Below are positions 58,740 to 64,000 of a stretch of DNA of 64,000 bases, one piece after another. Location of the stretch: NCBI RefSeq assembly GCF_009914755.1, contig NC_060928.1; one strand, given 5' to 3'. Source of the stretch: the human T2T-CHM13v2.0 reference genome, Homo sapiens. The notes under the pieces were generated by a model. That model did no database searches, was not told the origin of the DNA, and was given only the letters and a program-made list of their open reading frames with translations. A program made the position numbers and the translations under genes. How positions within the stretch are numbered: position 1 is the stretch's first letter; every line of letters begins with the position of its first letter.

Positions 58740-59499
58740 TTATATCAGTAATATATTTTATGAACTATTATTTTAAATAAGGACTAAAATAGAATTACTT
58801 CCGCTTTAACAGTCTACCGACAATTTCTAACAGTGAAAATACTGCCTGGTATTTGGAAATATTAGAAAGCTGTGGCTTTCCTATTTTGATCCACTTGGAT
58901 ACTTACTGCATTTTTAAAAATTGACTTCAACGTAAATAATAGTAATCTGCTCCTTTTTCCTTTTAAACGTTTATGTTTAATTGTGTAATAATTACATGAA
59001 TCCATTCTTATAAAACGTAAATAATATGATAAACCATATCTATTTCATAAACACTTTTCTTCATGTTAAATTGACTGAATTTAAGATGGTGGTAATAAAA
59101 ACGGGGGCCTTTGTTTACCCAGATCATATGTCCCTTGCTTTTTCGCAATTATTTTTCACTGTTGTGTTTCTTCTAGAGATACCATTTAGTCATTCTGCAT
59201 AGTCCCAGATGAGATGACATTAAAACCAAGAAGGCTGTGCTGTGTGAACATTCATCTTTTGGATGAATGGAGATGTGGTAGGCCTTTATCAGGCCATCCG
59301 ACTCCACGGTACACTTTCTAGGATAAAGATATATATGTAAATGTATCTGGTTGGCTCCCAAGATGGAGTGGCAGAGCTCATCTGTAGAGTTTCCTCCTCA
59401 GTCCAGGATGGTCTGTAATGAGAAGTTGCATGAGCCAATTTGAGTTCTCCAAAATTAACAAGAATGAATAAAAAGAAGCGAATCCTTTGATACTGCGGT

Positions 59500-59662
59500 G
59501 GATGTGGTGGGGTGAAATACTCTCTGAGATTTGCCTTGAAATACTTCAGAAAGGAAAGAAAGAATGGGCAGATGGGGCAGTCATTTTTGAATGGAGGTGA
59601 TGGGTATGTGGGTGTTTGTTGTCTTATTTTTCTTCGATTTCTGACATTTTTCACAATAAAAA
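59500..59662 (+). mobile_element. Old L1ME-type 3' terminal fragment
   Basis: 'ctgagatttgccttgaaatacttcag...ggtgatgggtatgtgggtgtt...atttttcacaataaaa'. Confidence 0.6.
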
Positions 59663-62600
59663 CATACTGAGGAGTTATTTTTAAGCGGTTTAAGAAATAT
59701 TAACCCAGAGACGTAGTCCAAATGCGGGTCTTTTGATGGTGTTTGTGGAGCTGTGGTCTGGGAGAGAGAGGTGCATTACCTCAACGCTACTTTGTGGTAT
59801 AATTTTTCTGCCTAAAGAAAGTGTTTATTATATGGCTTTTACCTTTTAAGAACTTTAAAAATATTTTCCCTTTACAAAGTCTACGTTTATAAGACATGAG
59901 AGAGTTTAATTAAAGTAAAAAAATAATAATTGAACACTTCAGGTTAGGGTTTTATTTCAGGGTTACCAAAACCTGCCTCTCTCCTCTGACTGGTATCACT
60001 TTCAGATGAAAACGAGTGCATGAAATCGGAGCATTGCCAGACTCCCAGTTTCCTTTCTACTCCAAGATTATATGTTGCATGACTCTACGTTTGCAAGATT
60101 TTCCAGATGACCCCAGAGGGGCATATTCACAGATGTTAATCTCTTATAAAGTTATTATAATTTTGGTTTTTTAAAAATGTGGGTAATATGTAACATACCA
60201 TTAATATCCAGGCAGTCTGGTATTTTAAATCTATCTGCGGATCGTACTGGTCAGCATTATAATAAAAGGTAACTTTGTGGTGTTTTCAGCGTATTGAGGT
60301 AAAATGAAGGGGAAATGTTGAACCTGTGTTTATTACTGTGGAGAGAATCTGACACTCCACTGCACCCTGATTATTTTGTATACCCTAAGCTAAATAGACT
60401 AACGCTGTTACGAAGCTGTCAGGAGAAGCGTGTCAGACACTAGGTGTATCATGCAGTCAGACTGGTGTCGCGTTGGAAAAGCCAGTAGTTGGGAAGGGAA
60501 AAAAAAGTGACCTTGTACTCTCAACATTGTCTTTACACTGAGTAGAACAGATGAGATTGTGAATTATTCAGAACACCGAAAGCTTATAATTGTTAGCAGT
60601 GGTGGCGGCGATAGAGGAGAGAGACAGGGCTGTTTTAGTCCAAATGTCTGATTCTATTAAGCATCAAAGGAATCTTTTTCTTAAAACCATCTTTGGGAAT
60701 TTGGGTGGTGTGGACCCCATGAAGAATCCTTCCCTCTGTTTGATACCTTTTTGGGAATCTGGGTCAAAGAGGCACAAGTTAATATTTAGCATATATATAT
60801 ATTTGGAAATGCAGAGTGAAAGAACAAAGACACTCTAGGGAGAGGATTTGCTGTTTCAGCAGGTGACACAGCCACGCGGTTATCTTCCATATCAGTATTA
60901 AGGGTTGGTCTTGGGTTTCTACTTTCCAACGCTTTGATGTTATTGCACTTCTCCCTTGTGGTTTAAATACTACAGGCTTTGGGTTAAGCATGGATGGTAT
61001 TTGATTGTGAATTAGATGAAAATTCAGTATACCTAGGTTAATTCTTGTTTGTAAATGTTTGGGCAGTTTGGTGAGCATGCTAGATAGAATATGGTATAAG
61101 GAATTAACAGTCATATCAATTTGAACCATAATGTTTTCTGCGTCTGTTTCTTAGTCTTTGTTTGTTTTGCAAAGAGCTAAGTGCTCCACATTTACAGTCC
61201 ACGTGTGTTTATTTAGGGTCCACTATGTGTCTGCTGATACTGACTGTGGGGTCCACAACTGAAACTATAAGACCAGGTTCTTGCTCTTAAGTTCTCAGCT
61301 ATCTGGGTAGACGAAACCATTTTGAAGCAACACATGAAGACAGATCTGTATGACCTACAGATTGCAAGTCCTCTAGAAGGTGCATGAGGAAACTGCTCAT
61401 TTTAAGCCAAAGTTGTTTGGAAAGGCTGCAAAAAGCATGTAGCAACAGAGCTGTTTTTGGAGCATGGGAAGAATTGGAGAATGGGAAGATTTGGGAAGTC
61501 AAAGGCAAACGTCAGAACTTCAGTGGAAGCGTGGAATTGTGAAGGGGATGTGTGCGTGGAGCTACCAGAGAAGCACAGCCTGTGTTGTCAGAGAGCAGTG
61601 ATGTTTTCAGAGATGGACCAAGGCTGGACCAAAACCACTAACCATAAAAAGAAAAAAAAATAAGCCTTTAAACAACTTGCAGATTAAAATTGATAAATAA
61701 TAATTACAATCGATTAAAATTGATGATGAACCACTGATCATCTTTCTGAAGCAGATGTCTTTTGGGGGAGCTACTTCCCAGGGCTTTGCTGGGCGTCCCC
61801 ACAGCACAGTCTCCTGATACAGGAGATCCATCGTGGCTTGAACTGTTCACGCAGTACCCCATCACAACTATTCTGGTTGGCAGCTGGCCTCACACCTCTT
61901 GCTTCTGGGATCCCCTAAACTGCAGGGCATGTTTCTTGCTGGGTATTGCCAAGGGTATGGGCAAGATAGCTTGAGTCCAGCTACTTTGCATTACAACCTG
62001 GTGATTCATGAAGACAGCTGTGTCTTTGCCACAAGGAACAGTGGCCATGCAGGCAGCTCCCTGTTTCTGCCTTTCTCTTAAACCTGCCATTCTACAATTT
62101 TCTTTTCCCTTCTCAGATAAGCCCAGCATAGATCAGCAAATTGGCAGGGGCCCACCTAACTGTTCAACCAGAGATTGGAATGCCGTTCTCTACTTCTTGC
62201 CAGCATGCCTGTCTCTATCAGAGCATACCCCTTCTTTGGTTTTCACTTGAGAGGGAGAAAGTTCTCACCACAAACTGCATCTCCACAACGCTGACGGACC
62301 CCTCAACCCCCACATCTCTTCCCTCTACCCTCCCCAGCCCTTTCTGTAGATGCAGAAGGTTGTGGGTGGTGACTGTTGGGAGCAGGCCTAGCTCTTGACA
62401 AGCTTTAGAGACTGTTTGGTCTCAATTGTTGACACTTCTCAGAATGTGGGGCTCTCAATCCTTCTTTGTCCTCAGCTTTGGTCCCTTGTGGTAAATTCCA
62501 GGTAATACGAAAAAACCCCACTCTTTTTGCCAACTGACCACCACCCCCTCTCACCAGGACTATTACCGAAGACTCTGAAATGGTCTCTGTACTTGCAGTC

Positions 62601-62738
62601 TTGCCCCCTCCTTTCTCCCTAGCGTGTGGTCCACTCTACACTTAGCAGCCAGAGAAGTCTTTTGGAAACACATCAGATTACACAACAGTCCAGACGGAAA
62701 CTCTTCAGTGACTGCCCACTGCTGTTAAAATAAAATGC

Positions 62739-63040
62739 AGACCAGGCACGGTGGCTGACATCTGTAATCCCAGTGTTTTGGGAGGCCAAGGGAGGAGGAT
62801 TGCTGAGGCCAGGAGTTCAAGACCAGCCTGAGTAACATAGCGAGACCCCGTCTCTACAAAAAAGTTTAAAAATTAACTGGGTGCCGTGGTGCATGACTGT
62901 AGTTCCAGCTACTGAGGAGGCTGAAGTGGGAGGATCACTTGGGTTCAGGAGTTCAAGACTCCAGTGAGCCATGACCACACCACTGCACTCCAGCTTGGGT
63001 GACAGAGCGAGACTCCGTCTCTAATAAATAAACTAAAATA
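62739..63040 (+). mobile_element. AluJ within an L2 relic (about 62550-63400)
   Basis: 'ggaggattgctgaggccaggagttcaagaccagcctgagtaacatagcgagaccc'. Confidence 0.92.
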
Positions 63041-63266
63041 AAGTAAATTCCCAAATCGCCCAGTGTGATCTGGCCCCTGCCTGGTTCTCTGTCTCCATCA
63101 CACTCCACTTTCACTCATTCCTTAAGCTTCAGCCTCACAGGCTTTTTGTTGGTGGCTGTAATACACCGAGCTTTTGCTATTTCAGAGAATGTGCATCTGC
63201 AGTTCCTTCCGCTTGAAATGCCCTTTCACCAGACCCTCATGTCTGCTTCTTCGTTTCCGTTCCTAA

Positions 63267-64000
<734 letters not shown>

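Overview
Eukaryotic, primate (most likely human) genomic DNA, intronic or intergenic in character. I cannot support any protein-coding exon or RNA gene; the ORF track is explained by Alu/L1 translations and short random ORFs. The window is dominated by interspersed repeats: about 25 Alus (J, S and Y types, most with readable target-site duplications, TSDs), several 5'-truncated L1 3' ends, old L2/MIR/L3 relics, DNA transposon relics (MER44A, MER5A and an unidentified 217-bp TIR element), an MLT1 LTR, a MER4D-type solo LTR and a complete non-coding MER41A-type ERV1 provirus (38069-44834). The most interesting observations are structural: a tRNA-Glu-like cassette and apparent G-to-A hypermutation in the provirus, a twin-priming-type inverted Alu inserted into the TSD of an earlier L1, a young AluY with partial Ya5 diagnostics, a 44-bp minisatellite and a CpG-retaining patch near 22 kb. 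I found no convincing new multi-gene system. Subfamily names come from remembered consensus sequences and need RepeatMasker/Dfam confirmation.
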